A DNA stretch of 34,727 nt, from contig JANNFA010000023.1 of NCBI GenBank assembly GCA_031379345.1, positions 1 through 34,727 on the forward strand, given 5' to 3'. Below the pieces are notes generated by a model. It saw nothing but the letters and a program-made list of their open reading frames with translations. It searched no databases and was not told the DNA's origin. Below, one piece after another: positions 1 through 8,848 of this stretch. The DNA is from Candidatus Omnitrophota bacterium (GTDB taxonomy: Bacteria > Omnitrophota > Gorgyraeia > 2-02-FULL-51-18). A program made the translations under genes and the position numbers. The stretch's first letter is position 1; the number at the start of each line of letters is the position of its first letter.

Positions 1-930
1 GCCGACCTGCGGAGCGGAGGCCTCATGCACGACCATCTCGCCGCGCTCAGCGAACACGGGGTCGTCGAGCGTGACCCCGATTGATTCGCCGACAGCCGCG
101 CGCGTCTGTGCGGGCGCATGCCATTTCTCGATGGAACGGACCTTCGTTTTCGTGCCCGAAGGAAGGAAAAGAACCTCGTCACCGACACGGATGGCGCCAG
201 ATTCGATGCGGCCCGCATAAACGCGCTTCTTGTCAAATTTGTAGATGTCCTGCAATGGAAAGCGCAGCGGTCGCTCTTCGGAAAGTTTCGGCGGATCCAG
301 CGCATCCAGCGTTTCAAGGAACGACAGACCCTGATACCATGACATCTTGTCACTTTTCTTGATAATATTCTCCCCCAGATAAGCGGCCATCGGGATGAAC
401 GTGTGCGCCGTGAGTTTTAAGGACGCCAAGTGCTTCGAATACTCCGTCTTGATGCTCTCGAATACTTTCTGGTCGTAGTTCATGAGGTCCATTTTATTCA
501 CGACCACGATGATGGTCTTGATACCCAAGAGGGAAAGAATGGTCGCGTGCCGGTGAGACTGTTCGCGCACACCTTCCTCCGCGTCGATCATCAGGATGGA
601 CACATCCGCGGTAGAGGCTCCGGAAATCATGTTCTTCAGGAATTCCTTGTGGCCGGGCGCGTCAATGATCCGGTAAGGACGCTTCTTGGAACGGAAACGC
701 ACCTGCGAAACATCGATCGTGATCCCTTGGTCCTGCTCTTCTTCGAATGCGTCCAGAAGGAAGGCATATTCGAACTTCATGTTCTTTTCTTTACAGATAG
801 TCTCAACGGCCGCGATCCGCGCTGGCTGCACAAGTCCAAGATCCGCCAGGAGGCGCCCCACCAAGGTAGACTTGCCATGATCGACGTGCCCGTTAAATAC
901 GATACTCAGGGCCTGCTGTTCGGCTTCCAT
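1..930 (-). CDS. cysN: Sulfate adenylyltransferase subunit 1 (CysN GTPase), N-terminal 310 codons; gene runs off the left edge
   Basis: Not in the ORF track because there is no stop in the window. My reverse-strand translation from ATG 930-928 reads MEAEQQALSIVFNGHVDHGKSTLVGRLL...DAPGHKEF...VVVNKMDL, the G1/G3/G4 motifs of EF-Tu-like CysN. The start overlaps the cysD stop as TAATG. Confidence 0.85.
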   Translation of the reverse strand, partial: MEAEQQALSIVFNGHVDHGKSTLVGRLLADLGLVQPARIAAVETICKEKNMKFEYAFLLDAFEEEQDQGITIDVSQVRFRSKKRPYRIIDAPGHKEFLKNMISGASTADVSILMIDAEEGVREQSHRHATILSLLGIKTIIVVVNKMDLMNYDQKVFESIKTEYSKHLASLKLTAHTFIPMAAYLGENIIKKSDKMSWYQGLSFLETLDALDPPKLSEERPLRFPLQDIYKFDKKRVYAGRIESGAIRVGDEVLFLPSGTKTKVRSIEKWHAPAQTRAAVGESIGVTLDDPVFAERGEMVVHEASAPQVG

Positions 931-1733
931 TACATGTACCCTTTCGCGCGTAGTTTTTGCATCGCATAGCGCTGAGAGTGGTCCTGCTCGCGTCCTACGC
1001 GTTCGGAAATTTTGGTTGTCTTCAGCTCCTCGATGATCTTGTCCACCGTGTCAGCATTCGATTCGACGGGCTTTGTGATGGGCTGGCATCCGAGAGTCCT
1101 ATAACGCTTGCCGGCCTTTGCAAAATACAGCGATACGCTCGGAATGCCCTCGCGACGCACATATTCCCACACGTCCAGCTCGCTCCACTCCAAAAGAGGA
1201 TGGATGCGCACATGCGTGTCCTTGTTAAAATCCGTTTGGAACTGGTTCCAGAGCTCCGGTGGCTGGTCCTTGTAATCCCACTCAAAATCGATATTACGCG
1301 GAGAAAAAAATTTCTCCTTGGCACGCGTGCCGTCCTCGTCGCGGCGGATCCCCACAATGAGTCCATTCCATTTTTTTATGGCAATGGCCTGCTGCAGACC
1401 GACTGTTTTCAACTCGTGGCAAACGGTCACCGGGTCGTTGTTCTTATAATTGACGCCGCGGTCGATCGCATCCTGATTCGTGCCCACGTACAAATTCAAT
1501 CCCCATTCTTTCGCGATGCGCTCACGAAATTCGTACATCTCCGGAAATTTAAAGGTTGTATCGATATGTGCGCATTCATAGGGGACGCGCCCCACGAAAG
1601 CCTTGCGGGCCAGCCATAAGAGCACAGTCGAATCCTTGCCCATCGACCAAAGGCAGGCCAACCGGTCAAACTTCTTATAGGCTTCCCTCAGTATGAATAT
1701 CGATTGATTTTCCAGCTTGTCGAGAGGATCCAC
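930..1733 (-). CDS. cysD: Sulfate adenylyltransferase subunit 2 (CysD)
   Basis: 267-aa ORF with PP-loop motif WSMGKDSTVLLWL and a CysD-like C-terminus (REQDHSQRYAMQKLRAKGYM). GTG start preceded by GGAG. Translationally coupled to cysN. Confidence 0.9.
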   Translation of the reverse strand: MDPLDKLENQSIFILREAYKKFDRLACLWSMGKDSTVLLWLARKAFVGRVPYECAHIDTTFKFPEMYEFRERIAKEWGLNLYVGTNQDAIDRGVNYKNNDPVTVCHELKTVGLQQAIAIKKWNGLIVGIRRDEDGTRAKEKFFSPRNIDFEWDYKDQPPELWNQFQTDFNKDTHVRIHPLLEWSELDVWEYVRREGIPSVSLYFAKAGKRYRTLGCQPITKPVESNADTVDKIIEELKTTKISERVGREQDHSQRYAMQKLRAKGYM

Positions 1734-1779
1734 AAAAACTCCGATATATAACTCATTTACTTACGTTTATGTATGATTA

Positions 1780-1808
1780 TTTGTATCATATATAATGTAA
1801 TCTGTCAA
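1780..1808 (-). promoter_or_regulatory. Candidate sigma70-type promoter for cysDN
   Basis: On the minus strand: TTGACA (1808-1803), a 17-nt spacer, then TACAAA (1785-1780), about 45 nt upstream of the cysD GTG. Confidence 0.35.
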
Positions 1809-2045
1809 ATATAATACCCTTCAGATATCTCAATTTTTGAGCCGCCAGAGGGAGTACTGTGTTATTAACAGCTTATTCGACTTCTGTGGATAACTACTAA
1901 TGACTCTATTATGGGGATTTTTCTTAAGATTTTAATGAATTATACATATACCGCCCATTTAATGCCATTTTTTTTAGCTTTTGTGGAGTACTCAGCCCAT
2001 AAAATTGACATTAAATAAGGTTTAGGTTTATCAAAGAATAAGCAA

Positions 2046-2384
2046 TTAAGAGTTTTTTTGCGCTATTTCTCCCACCAAGGGTAGCTTGAAGTGCTCACCC
2101 TTGTAGGCTTTGACCATCAAAATGATCCAAACAACGAGTTGAATGACAGCCACTAGAGGCATCAGTGACCAACCAACCACGGGAATAAAGCCGAGCACGA
2201 TGTTCAGTATAAAAAAGAATCCAAACGTCATGATAGACTGCATCGCGTGGAAGCGCACGAACTTGTTCTCTTTCTCGAGCAGATAAAAAATGATACCCGT
2301 AAGAATACCCGCGAGGTAGCTCAATAAAGCGGCCACGTTGGGCTTCATCCCCAGCGAGGTGGGGCCTAGATCGTTCTCTGCCAT
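2046..2384 (-). CDS. Small integral membrane protein, DUF4870-like
   Basis: 112-aa ORF with three hydrophobic spans and the RFHAMQS motif typical of the DUF4870 family. AAGGAG Shine-Dalgarno before the ATG. Confidence 0.55.
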   Translation of the reverse strand: MAENDLGPTSLGMKPNVAALLSYLAGILTGIIFYLLEKENKFVRFHAMQSIMTFGFFFILNIVLGFIPVVGWSLMPLVAVIQLVVWIILMVKAYKGEHFKLPLVGEIAQKNS

Positions 2385-2406
2385 ATGAGCTCCTTTTGTT
2401 TATCTT

Positions 2407-2925
2407 TTATTTTTTTTGACCGGAACTTGCCTTTAGGGCTTCCAGGAACGAAGGCCACATCGTCCCTCCCAGCCCCTCCACCTTGTGGGTATCCTGCCAG
2501 CTGCCTTCATAGTCCTTTTTCATAAATCGGACAACCGCGCGATTTGCATAGGCCTCGATTTTACCGGGGTCTAATTCTATGGCTTTGCTCAAATCGATGG
2601 ATGCTTTGTCATAATTTCGCAGGCCTGAATAGGCTTTACCTCTTCCGAGATAGGCGGTGCTATCCTTCGGGTTTTTTTGGAGCATTTGGGTAAAATGCAT
2701 CACGGAGAGTTCATTATTTTTCTTTTGTATCGCTTCCAGATCGGCGAGGGCCTTTACCCCTGGAATTTGAGGCGGCCCGGGAGGTGCTTTGGGCGGACCC
2801 TTTAATTTTCTAGCGGCCGCATTCGGATCGGACGTATCCGTCTTGGCCAATGCAGTAAAAGAGTGTGCACATAGAAATGAAAATATCAATGCACTTAAAA
2901 AAAGCGTAACGCGGAATCGACGCAT
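2407..2925 (-). CDS. Secreted TPR-repeat protein
   Basis: 172-aa ORF with an N-terminal signal-like segment (LFLSALIFSFLCAHSFTALA) and TPR-like repeats (AYLGRGKAYSGLRNYDKASIDLSKAIELDP). Confidence 0.6.
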   Translation of the reverse strand: MRRFRVTLFLSALIFSFLCAHSFTALAKTDTSDPNAAARKLKGPPKAPPGPPQIPGVKALADLEAIQKKNNELSVMHFTQMLQKNPKDSTAYLGRGKAYSGLRNYDKASIDLSKAIELDPGKIEAYANRAVVRFMKKDYEGSWQDTHKVEGLGGTMWPSFLEALKASSGQKK

Positions 2926-2943
2926 GATGGACTCCCTATTTTT

Positions 2944-2970
2944 AAAATCTATACTCTTTTCTAGAGTATA
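2944..2970 (-). terminator. Possible intrinsic terminator after tag
   Basis: Hairpin TATACTCT (2950-2957), 5-nt loop, AGAGTATA (2963-2970). On the minus strand it is followed by GATTTTAAA. The AT-rich stem makes it weak. Confidence 0.35.
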
Positions 2971-2988
2971 TCACAGGAATTAGAAGAA

Positions 2989-3564
2989 TCAGGCGCAGGT
3001 TTCGCGGCGAAAACAACTAGCCTCGTGGTCGTTAATAACACCGACTGCTTGTAGGTGAGAATAGATGACCGTGGTGCCTACGAAACGAAAACCGCGTTTT
3101 TTGAGGTCTTTGGAGATGGTGTTTGAGAGCGGTGAGTTCGGAACAAGGTCCTTCATCGTCCCGACGCAGTTCTGGACTTGTTTCCCATTCACGAAAGCCC
3201 ACAGGTAATCGTCGAAGGAACCGAATTCCTTCCTTATTTGTAAGAAGGGCTTCGCATTGGAGACAGCCGAGCGCACTTTAAGCTCGTTGCGGATAATCGC
3301 GGGGTCTTTCAGCATGCGCCGTATTTCCATCTCACCAAACTTAGCGACCTTGTTGAAATCAAAATCTGCAAAGTATTTGCGGTAACCCTCTCGTTTTTTA
3401 AGAACAGTGAGCCACGAAAGACCGGCCTGCGCCGCCTCCAGGATCAAAAATTCAAAATGGACGCGGTCATTGCCTCGGCGTGGAAAACCCCACTCCCGGT
3501 CATGGTAGTCGGAGAGAAGCGGGTGGGTCTGCGCCCATCCGCAGCGCTTGAACTCTTTTGTCAT
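2989..3564 (-). CDS. tag: DNA-3-methyladenine glycosylase I
   Basis: Motifs KRCGW and YHDREWGFP. I chose the ATG at 3564, which forms an ATGA overlap with the polymerase stop; the ORF track extends to 3579. Confidence 0.85.
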   Translation of the reverse strand: MTKEFKRCGWAQTHPLLSDYHDREWGFPRRGNDRVHFEFLILEAAQAGLSWLTVLKKREGYRKYFADFDFNKVAKFGEMEIRRMLKDPAIIRNELKVRSAVSNAKPFLQIRKEFGSFDDYLWAFVNGKQVQNCVGTMKDLVPNSPLSNTISKDLKKRGFRFVGTTVIYSHLQAVGVINDHEASCFRRETCA

Positions 3565-4868
3565 ACCTTCACATCCCAACGGGGAATGCCCAAATGCTGA
3601 CGGAAATTCTCGCCTTTGAGCGGTTGGCTCTTACGTGTCGAAAAATCTCCGCGATCGCCCACATGCTGGCGATAACCCTTTAGGACATTGCTCGAAGCTA
3701 GATGGAGCGCATGTTTCCCGTAAAGCCCGGCCGCTTCATCGATCGCCTTCGAAATATTGTGCATGGCCACGATACGCGCTGGATCCTCGAACAAGTCCCT
3801 CTGCGTTTCCACACCGCCCTCTAAGTCTTGGAACCAGACACCGGTCGCCCGGTATTTTGTTCTAGGATTGAAAAGTCGGTCAAAAAGTTCGGAAACTACT
3901 TTCACTCCCTCCAGTGGCGAATCCGTGTGCCGCGTAAGCTCAGCACGCAGACCCGAGCCGCGATGGTCGCTGTCTTTAAGATACACACCTATTTCTTTCG
4001 TGCGCAAGCGGTGGCGTCTCAGTTTGATGAAGGCCGATTCCATGTTGCGCACCAACTGCGCCCGCACAAAATCCTTCACGTTCGAAGCCGGCGTGAACGT
4101 CTTCGTCTTGCTAAGAGAGGCTTGGCCTTCCTTTTTATCTTTCAACACCTTGTAGACCGCCTGGCCTTTTAATTCATGCCAAAGTTCGACGCCGATTTTT
4201 CCAAGGATCGATTTGGCGAACGTCTCCGGCTTTTGCACATAGTCCCATACTGTGTGCACGCCCTGCTTCGCCAAAAGTTCGACGCTCGCTGGGCCAAACC
4301 CACAGACACGCGGGGTTTCGACCGTCTTCAAATAATCATGAAGCTCGTAGCCCTTCACACATTTAAATCCGGAGGGTTTGTTATCCTTGGAACAGATTTT
4401 CGCAATGGACTTTGTAAGACTGAGCCCGACGGATACTGTGATGCCAAGTTCGCGCTCCAAAGTCTCTTTCATTTCGAGTGCAATGGATTCATACGACCCA
4501 TGATAGACGCGTCGAAGACCGGTCAAGTCCGCGAACGCCTCGTCGATGGAATATTCCTCCACATCCGGTGTAAAACGCCGAAGGATGTCGTAAAACCGGC
4601 GCGAAACAAGGCTGTAAGTCTCATAATCGCATGGAAGAAATACGGCGTCAGGGCAAAGTTTTTTTATTTCCGAAAGAGGCATCGCCCGTACGACGCCGGC
4701 ACGCTTGGCCTCGTAACTGAATGCCGCTGCGATGCCCCGGTCCTTTCCGACAATCACAGGCCTTCCCTTCAATTTAGGGTCCAGCGACTGCTCGACGCTC
4801 GCAAAAAAAGCGTCGCAGTCGATATGCGCGATAGCTTTAGGAAGAGAGTGAAGGTTCATCGGCATCAT
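3561..4868 (-). CDS. Y-family translesion DNA polymerase (UmuC/DinB-like)
   Basis: 435-aa ORF with IAHIDCDAFFASVEQ and SIDEAFADLTG catalytic motifs. ATGA overlap with the upstream lexA. Confidence 0.85.
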   Translation of the reverse strand: MMPMNLHSLPKAIAHIDCDAFFASVEQSLDPKLKGRPVIVGKDRGIAAAFSYEAKRAGVVRAMPLSEIKKLCPDAVFLPCDYETYSLVSRRFYDILRRFTPDVEEYSIDEAFADLTGLRRVYHGSYESIALEMKETLERELGITVSVGLSLTKSIAKICSKDNKPSGFKCVKGYELHDYLKTVETPRVCGFGPASVELLAKQGVHTVWDYVQKPETFAKSILGKIGVELWHELKGQAVYKVLKDKKEGQASLSKTKTFTPASNVKDFVRAQLVRNMESAFIKLRRHRLRTKEIGVYLKDSDHRGSGLRAELTRHTDSPLEGVKVVSELFDRLFNPRTKYRATGVWFQDLEGGVETQRDLFEDPARIVAMHNISKAIDEAAGLYGKHALHLASSNVLKGYRQHVGDRGDFSTRKSQPLKGENFRQHLGIPRWDVKV

Positions 4869-5446
4869 TTATATTTCCGAATCACGGCTGTCACGACCCC
4901 GCCCACGGTCAATTCTCTTTTGGGGACGATGGGGCTGAATTTTTTATTGGCGGCGACAAGCGTCACCACATTTCCCCGTTTCTCGTAATACTTCATCGTC
5001 CATTCGCCGTCCACCTGGGCGATGACGATGTCGTGGTCCTTTGGCGAACGGCCACGTTCGACAATGACAAGGTCGCCCTCATGGATGCCCGCGTCTATCA
5101 TGGAGTCGCCTGTCACTTTGATGAGGTAGCTTTGTTCGGGATGTTTGATGAGATACTCATCGAGATTCATCGTGTCAACCAACTCTTCCTCGGCGGGGCT
5201 GGGCCAACCGGCTTGCACGGTGCCCAAGAGCTTGACGCCGTTCAAGACGTCGAAAATGACTTTTCCTTGGGGGTCTTTCCGGAGATAGCCTTTTTCGATG
5301 AGTTTATTGACCAGTAGAAAAGCGGCATTCTTGGATTTATAACGGAAAAGGCGCGCGATCTCGAGAAAACTCGGGGGGCGCCGGTATTCTCTAACGAAAC
5401 CCCTGAGCTCGGTCAGGGCTGCTAAAAGATCGGTCTTGTCGCGCAT
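4865..5446 (-). CDS. lexA: LexA-type SOS repressor (wHTH plus S24 peptidase)
   Basis: 193-aa ORF. N-terminal LexA-like wHTH (FLEIARLF...LIEKGYLRKD), Ala-Gly cleavage site (VQAGWPSP), catalytic Ser (GDSM) and Lys (EWTMKYY). GGAGG sits 4 nt before the ATG. Confidence 0.85.
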   Translation of the reverse strand: MRDKTDLLAALTELRGFVREYRRPPSFLEIARLFRYKSKNAAFLLVNKLIEKGYLRKDPQGKVIFDVLNGVKLLGTVQAGWPSPAEEELVDTMNLDEYLIKHPEQSYLIKVTGDSMIDAGIHEGDLVIVERGRSPKDHDIVIAQVDGEWTMKYYEKRGNVVTLVAANKKFSPIVPKRELTVGGVVTAVIRKYK

Positions 5447-5464
5447 GAATCCTCCACGACAAGG

Positions 5465-5493
5465 AGTCTACTGAACGTTCGTTCAGTTGTCAA
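5465..5493 (-). promoter_or_regulatory. lexA operon promoter with an embedded SOS (Cheo-type) box
   Basis: Minus strand: TTGACA (5493-5488), a 17-nt spacer, then TAGACT (5470-5465). The spacer contains CTGAACGAACGTTCAG (5471-5486), which fits GAAC-N4-GTTC. Confidence 0.6.
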
Positions 5494-6079
5494 TTCTTCT
5501 ATAAAAGATGTGGTGTCGGATACGGGCAGCGACAGAGTAAGCGCTCGCCCAATAAGGACGGCTGGAAGCAGTGTGGTAATCCGTTGCCCCGTTCGTGATC
5601 GAGCTTTTCCCGGATTCTATCCAAGCCATGACAGCAATAAAATAGTAAACGTGATACTTTTTTAAAAAAACTTCCGCACGGTGAGGGTCATTCCACGCCG
5701 AGAATTGTTTCGGCATGAGACAGACCTCTTTCGAATCTTTCAGGAAAAGCTTTTCCCGGTTGCGTATCACCTCGCCCACAGCGACCATTCCCTCATAGCC
5801 TTCCCCGAGCGCTTCAAGGAGAAGCGTCTGAGCCGCTATTTTGTCAGAGTCATTATAAAAGTTTTTAGATAGTGGGCAAAAAAATTGCGGCTTTTTTTCG
5901 GAAACGCCTGATTCTCGCGGAGGACTCTCGAAGAGGGTATTAGAAAGCGGAATAGGGTCAAGAATATCGGCATATGCGGAAGAGATGGTGAGGACCCAGC
6001 AAAAAAAGAAACCTAAAAAAACCCTGAGTTTGCTCCAGTAAGCCAATGTCGCGCCCTCTGGAATAAAGATTACATTCAA
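5483..6079 (-). CDS. SleB-family cell-wall hydrolase, membrane-anchored or secreted
   Basis: 198-aa ORF with an N-terminal hydrophobic segment. LLEALGEGYEGMVAVGEVIRNR and FSAWND motifs resemble the Hydrolase_2/SleB domain. Confidence 0.6.
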   Translation of the reverse strand: MNVIFIPEGATLAYWSKLRVFLGFFFCWVLTISSAYADILDPIPLSNTLFESPPRESGVSEKKPQFFCPLSKNFYNDSDKIAAQTLLLEALGEGYEGMVAVGEVIRNREKLFLKDSKEVCLMPKQFSAWNDPHRAEVFLKKYHVYYFIAVMAWIESGKSSITNGATDYHTASSRPYWASAYSVAARIRHHIFYRRIDN

Positions 6080-6105
6080 GACACGGCTGATTCAATAGCC
6101 CGTGG

Positions 6106-6681
6106 TTATTTTTGCAATAAAATGTCCCTTTCTTTGTTTCCCAGTTCCCGCCACTTGCCGATCGGAAGATCCCCGAGCGGCAGACCGCTGATAGCGGCAC
6201 GGATAAGACGTAATGTTGGAAGTCCCGCGGCGGCGGTCATTTTCCTTACCTGGCGGTTCTTTCCTTCGGTCAAAATAACTTCTATCCAGCTTGTGGGAAC
6301 GGATAAACGAAAACGGATGGGCACTGTACGCGGCGTATAACCGGGATCCTCCAAAAGCCGAGCCTTGCAGGGGCGTGTCCTTTGCCCCTTAATCAGGACT
6401 CCTTTTCGTAAGGTCACCATCGCCTCTTCGGTCGCAACACCTTCCACCTGCGCATGATACGTGCGCTCATGGGAATAACGGGGGTGAAGGAGCCAGTCAT
6501 TCCATTCTCTTTCATCACTGAGTAGGAGTAAACCCTCACTGTCCCAATCCAGGCGACCGATAGGGTAAACATGCTCGGGAAACCCGAACTGGGCCAGCGT
6601 CACATGGTCGGGTTCTTGTTTGGTGAACTGGCAGAGAACGCCGTAAGGTTTATGAAAAGCCAGAAGCATCAGGGCCGCCAA
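6106..6681 (-). CDS. Pseudouridine synthase, RsuA/RluE family (no S4 domain)
   Basis: Motifs FHKPYGVLCQF and GRLDWDSEGLLLLSD (catalytic Asp). An alternative start at ATG 6669 overlaps the upstream stop. Confidence 0.8.
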   Translation of the reverse strand: MAALMLLAFHKPYGVLCQFTKQEPDHVTLAQFGFPEHVYPIGRLDWDSEGLLLLSDEREWNDWLLHPRYSHERTYHAQVEGVATEEAMVTLRKGVLIKGQRTRPCKARLLEDPGYTPRTVPIRFRLSVPTSWIEVILTEGKNRQVRKMTAAAGLPTLRLIRAAISGLPLGDLPIGKWRELGNKERDILLQK

Positions 6682-7706
6682 GCGGCGTGTTGATACACGA
6701 TGACGTCGTCAAGAGTGACGGATTCCGTCACGGCAAAAACATCGACGTGATGCCTGGCTGATGAGCGTGTAAAATTAGGCTTCTTATAGACAGAATGTTT
6801 AGCGCCGAGTGACAAGTGAACGCCGCACATACGCTCGTAAGTCCCGACATCACTGACAATGCGCTCTTGTGTGAAAGCACGGTTCATGCCAAAACCCAGT
6901 TCGCGTAACCATATCTCTCCCTCATCCGCGCGAATGTTGGTGAGCACCTCTTCAAACTCTGGAGTTGAATCAATGGCCTCCGTCACCCTTCCCCTGTTTA
7001 CCACGAGCGTGATGGGCTTTTCTGGTTTATTCACAGCAAAGGAGGTGTCACCGAAAGCAAAAACGCGCACGCGTCCGTTCACCGACTCCAAATCGCGAGC
7101 CTCAGTAAAAACTTCTCCAATGGGAAACTGACCGCCGACATTTTTCATATGGCTATAGTCGCCCACGTTCAATTTTGCGGATTCGAAACCCGAGACAAAA
7201 TCCAAACTCGCTCCCCCGCTCTCCACTTTCGCGGAATGTGCCCGGTCGAGACGATCTTTGAGCGCTTTGCCCACGCCCCGATAATATTCCGCGTCATACG
7301 CGAGTGAATCGACATAATACTCCGCCTCTAAGCCCTGCATCCTTGAAAGATGAGGATGCTCGATCACCTTGAGGGAACGGTTAAAAAGCTCGACACGGAT
7401 GCGGAAGGCCTCGAGACGAAAATTGGTGGATTGGATAAGGACAACAAGGTCAGAAGGCGCAAGAGGCTTGAAAGTTTCCAGCACCTCCTGCGGGGACACG
7501 GCATCAAAATTGATTTGCTTGGCTTGGGGAAGACAACGCCGGTAGGCCTCTGTCAAAGTGGCGGCAAGAGCACAGCGCTCATCGGATACCACCACCGCGT
7601 GTCCGTCTGAGTATTCAATCGCCAGCGAAAGAATATCGCGCACATGCCTTTCAGCGGCTATTGAGATGATAGATCTTTCCGTCGAAGGCACAGGCATACA
7701 ACTCAC
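6669..7706 (-). CDS. Conserved protein, possibly an M29 (aminopeptidase T/S)-like metallopeptidase
   Basis: 345-aa ORF. PIGEVFTEA, HLSLGAKHS and HHVDVF loosely recall M29 motifs. The true start may be the internal GTG at 7643, which would avoid a 56-nt overlap with the upstream gene. Confidence 0.4.
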   Translation of the reverse strand: MSCMPVPSTERSIISIAAERHVRDILSLAIEYSDGHAVVVSDERCALAATLTEAYRRCLPQAKQINFDAVSPQEVLETFKPLAPSDLVVLIQSTNFRLEAFRIRVELFNRSLKVIEHPHLSRMQGLEAEYYVDSLAYDAEYYRGVGKALKDRLDRAHSAKVESGGASLDFVSGFESAKLNVGDYSHMKNVGGQFPIGEVFTEARDLESVNGRVRVFAFGDTSFAVNKPEKPITLVVNRGRVTEAIDSTPEFEEVLTNIRADEGEIWLRELGFGMNRAFTQERIVSDVGTYERMCGVHLSLGAKHSVYKKPNFTRSSARHHVDVFAVTESVTLDDVIVYQHAAWRP

Positions 7707-8814
7707 CAGCAGCGTCTTCGCCGAATGAGCTGATATTTAAACTCGTTTTTATCAGGACCTGCCGGTCAAAAATCCCAGCCTTGTCTTCCAGTGTCCAAAC
7801 CGTGCCGGCCACGAAATCAGCGAAGATATATTTCCCGGAAAGGCTCGGCACTCTTTTCCCTCGATAGACGAACCCTCCCGTCACGGATCGGCCTTCTTCA
7901 TGAGTGTATTCGGCGATAGGTTTTTCAATAAGCCCCTCCCTGTAGCAATCCAAATCCGGCTTGAAGCAGGAGGAACCTTCCAGAATACTCCACCCATAAT
8001 TGCCGCCATTTTTGACCTGGTCTATCTCTTCGATCTTGTCCTGGCCCACATCCGCAACCCAGAGAGTGCCGGCCTTGTCCCAACTGAACCGCCAAGGATT
8101 TCTCAGGCCATAGGCGTAGATCTCTTCGCGCCATCCGGAGACATTTCCAATAAACGGATTGTCAGACGGAATTTGATACGCCCGGTCTTTTCCGGCTGCA
8201 TGAACGTCCAACCGCAGGATCTTTCCAAGAACCGAGTTAAGATTTTGCGCATTATTATGGGGGTCCCCTCTCGACCCCCCGTCCCCCACGGCGATGTAGA
8301 GGAAGCCGTCCGGCCCGAAAGAAACCTGCCCTCCATTATGATTCGAGTAAGGTTGTTCAAATTCCAAAAGGACCTTTTCTGATTTTTTATCCGCCTTATT
8401 CGGATCTTTTGGGTTCACTTTGAAACGTGATATCACGGTCCGAAGTGGTTTCGCGGCATTGTAATTGACGTAAAAATAGCCGTTCTTCTTATAATCCGGA
8501 TCGAAAGCTAGGCCCAAAAGACCCTGTTCAGCCTCGTCCACATCCACCCGGTCACGGATATCTAAAAAGACGCCTGCCTTGGATACTTTCGGGTCATTGC
8601 GGAATACCTTGATGCGCGCACCCTGCTCGACCACAAACAGACGGCCTGTGCCATCCTTCGGGTGCTGCAAGTCCAGAGGCCTGTCAAACTTGAGTTTCGG
8701 AAAAGCGGGCACGAATTCGGTCTGGGGGCCGGCAGCCATCGCGGCGTTCCCCAAATAAAGCGAAGCACTTAACAAAAGAAGAAAAATCCTGGAAGATTTT
8801 GCGGTTGTGTCCAT
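7651..8814 (-). CDS. PQQ-dependent sugar (glucose/sorbosone) dehydrogenase family, secreted
   Basis: 387-aa ORF with a signal peptide and beta-propeller motifs: HNGGQVSFGPDGFLYIAVGDGG and YAYGLRNPWRFSWD. Confidence 0.8.
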   Translation of the reverse strand: MDTTAKSSRIFLLLLSASLYLGNAAMAAGPQTEFVPAFPKLKFDRPLDLQHPKDGTGRLFVVEQGARIKVFRNDPKVSKAGVFLDIRDRVDVDEAEQGLLGLAFDPDYKKNGYFYVNYNAAKPLRTVISRFKVNPKDPNKADKKSEKVLLEFEQPYSNHNGGQVSFGPDGFLYIAVGDGGSRGDPHNNAQNLNSVLGKILRLDVHAAGKDRAYQIPSDNPFIGNVSGWREEIYAYGLRNPWRFSWDKAGTLWVADVGQDKIEEIDQVKNGGNYGWSILEGSSCFKPDLDCYREGLIEKPIAEYTHEEGRSVTGGFVYRGKRVPSLSGKYIFADFVAGTVWTLEDKAGIFDRQVLIKTSLNISSFGEDAAGELYACAFDGKIYHLNSR

Positions 8815-8848
8815 GCGACCATTTTACCATTCATGATACACTGAAGCT

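Noticed and set aside
81-1619. Plus-strand ORFs 81-362, 118-342, 430-969, 686-880 and 957-1619
   Set aside because: They lie antisense to the cysN and cysD reading frames, which carry clear family motifs. The plus-strand ORFs have no recognisable motifs or RBS and are shadow ORFs.
1885-1893. The isolated perfect DnaA box as a second origin
   Set aside because: It is a single box with no cluster and no adjacent initiator gene, and its chance expectation in this window is not negligible.
3635-4988. Plus-strand ORFs opposite the Y-family polymerase and lexA (including the 270-aa ORF at 4176-4988)
   Set aside because: They are antisense to strongly supported genes, and their low-complexity Arg/Ser-rich translations are typical of shadow frames.
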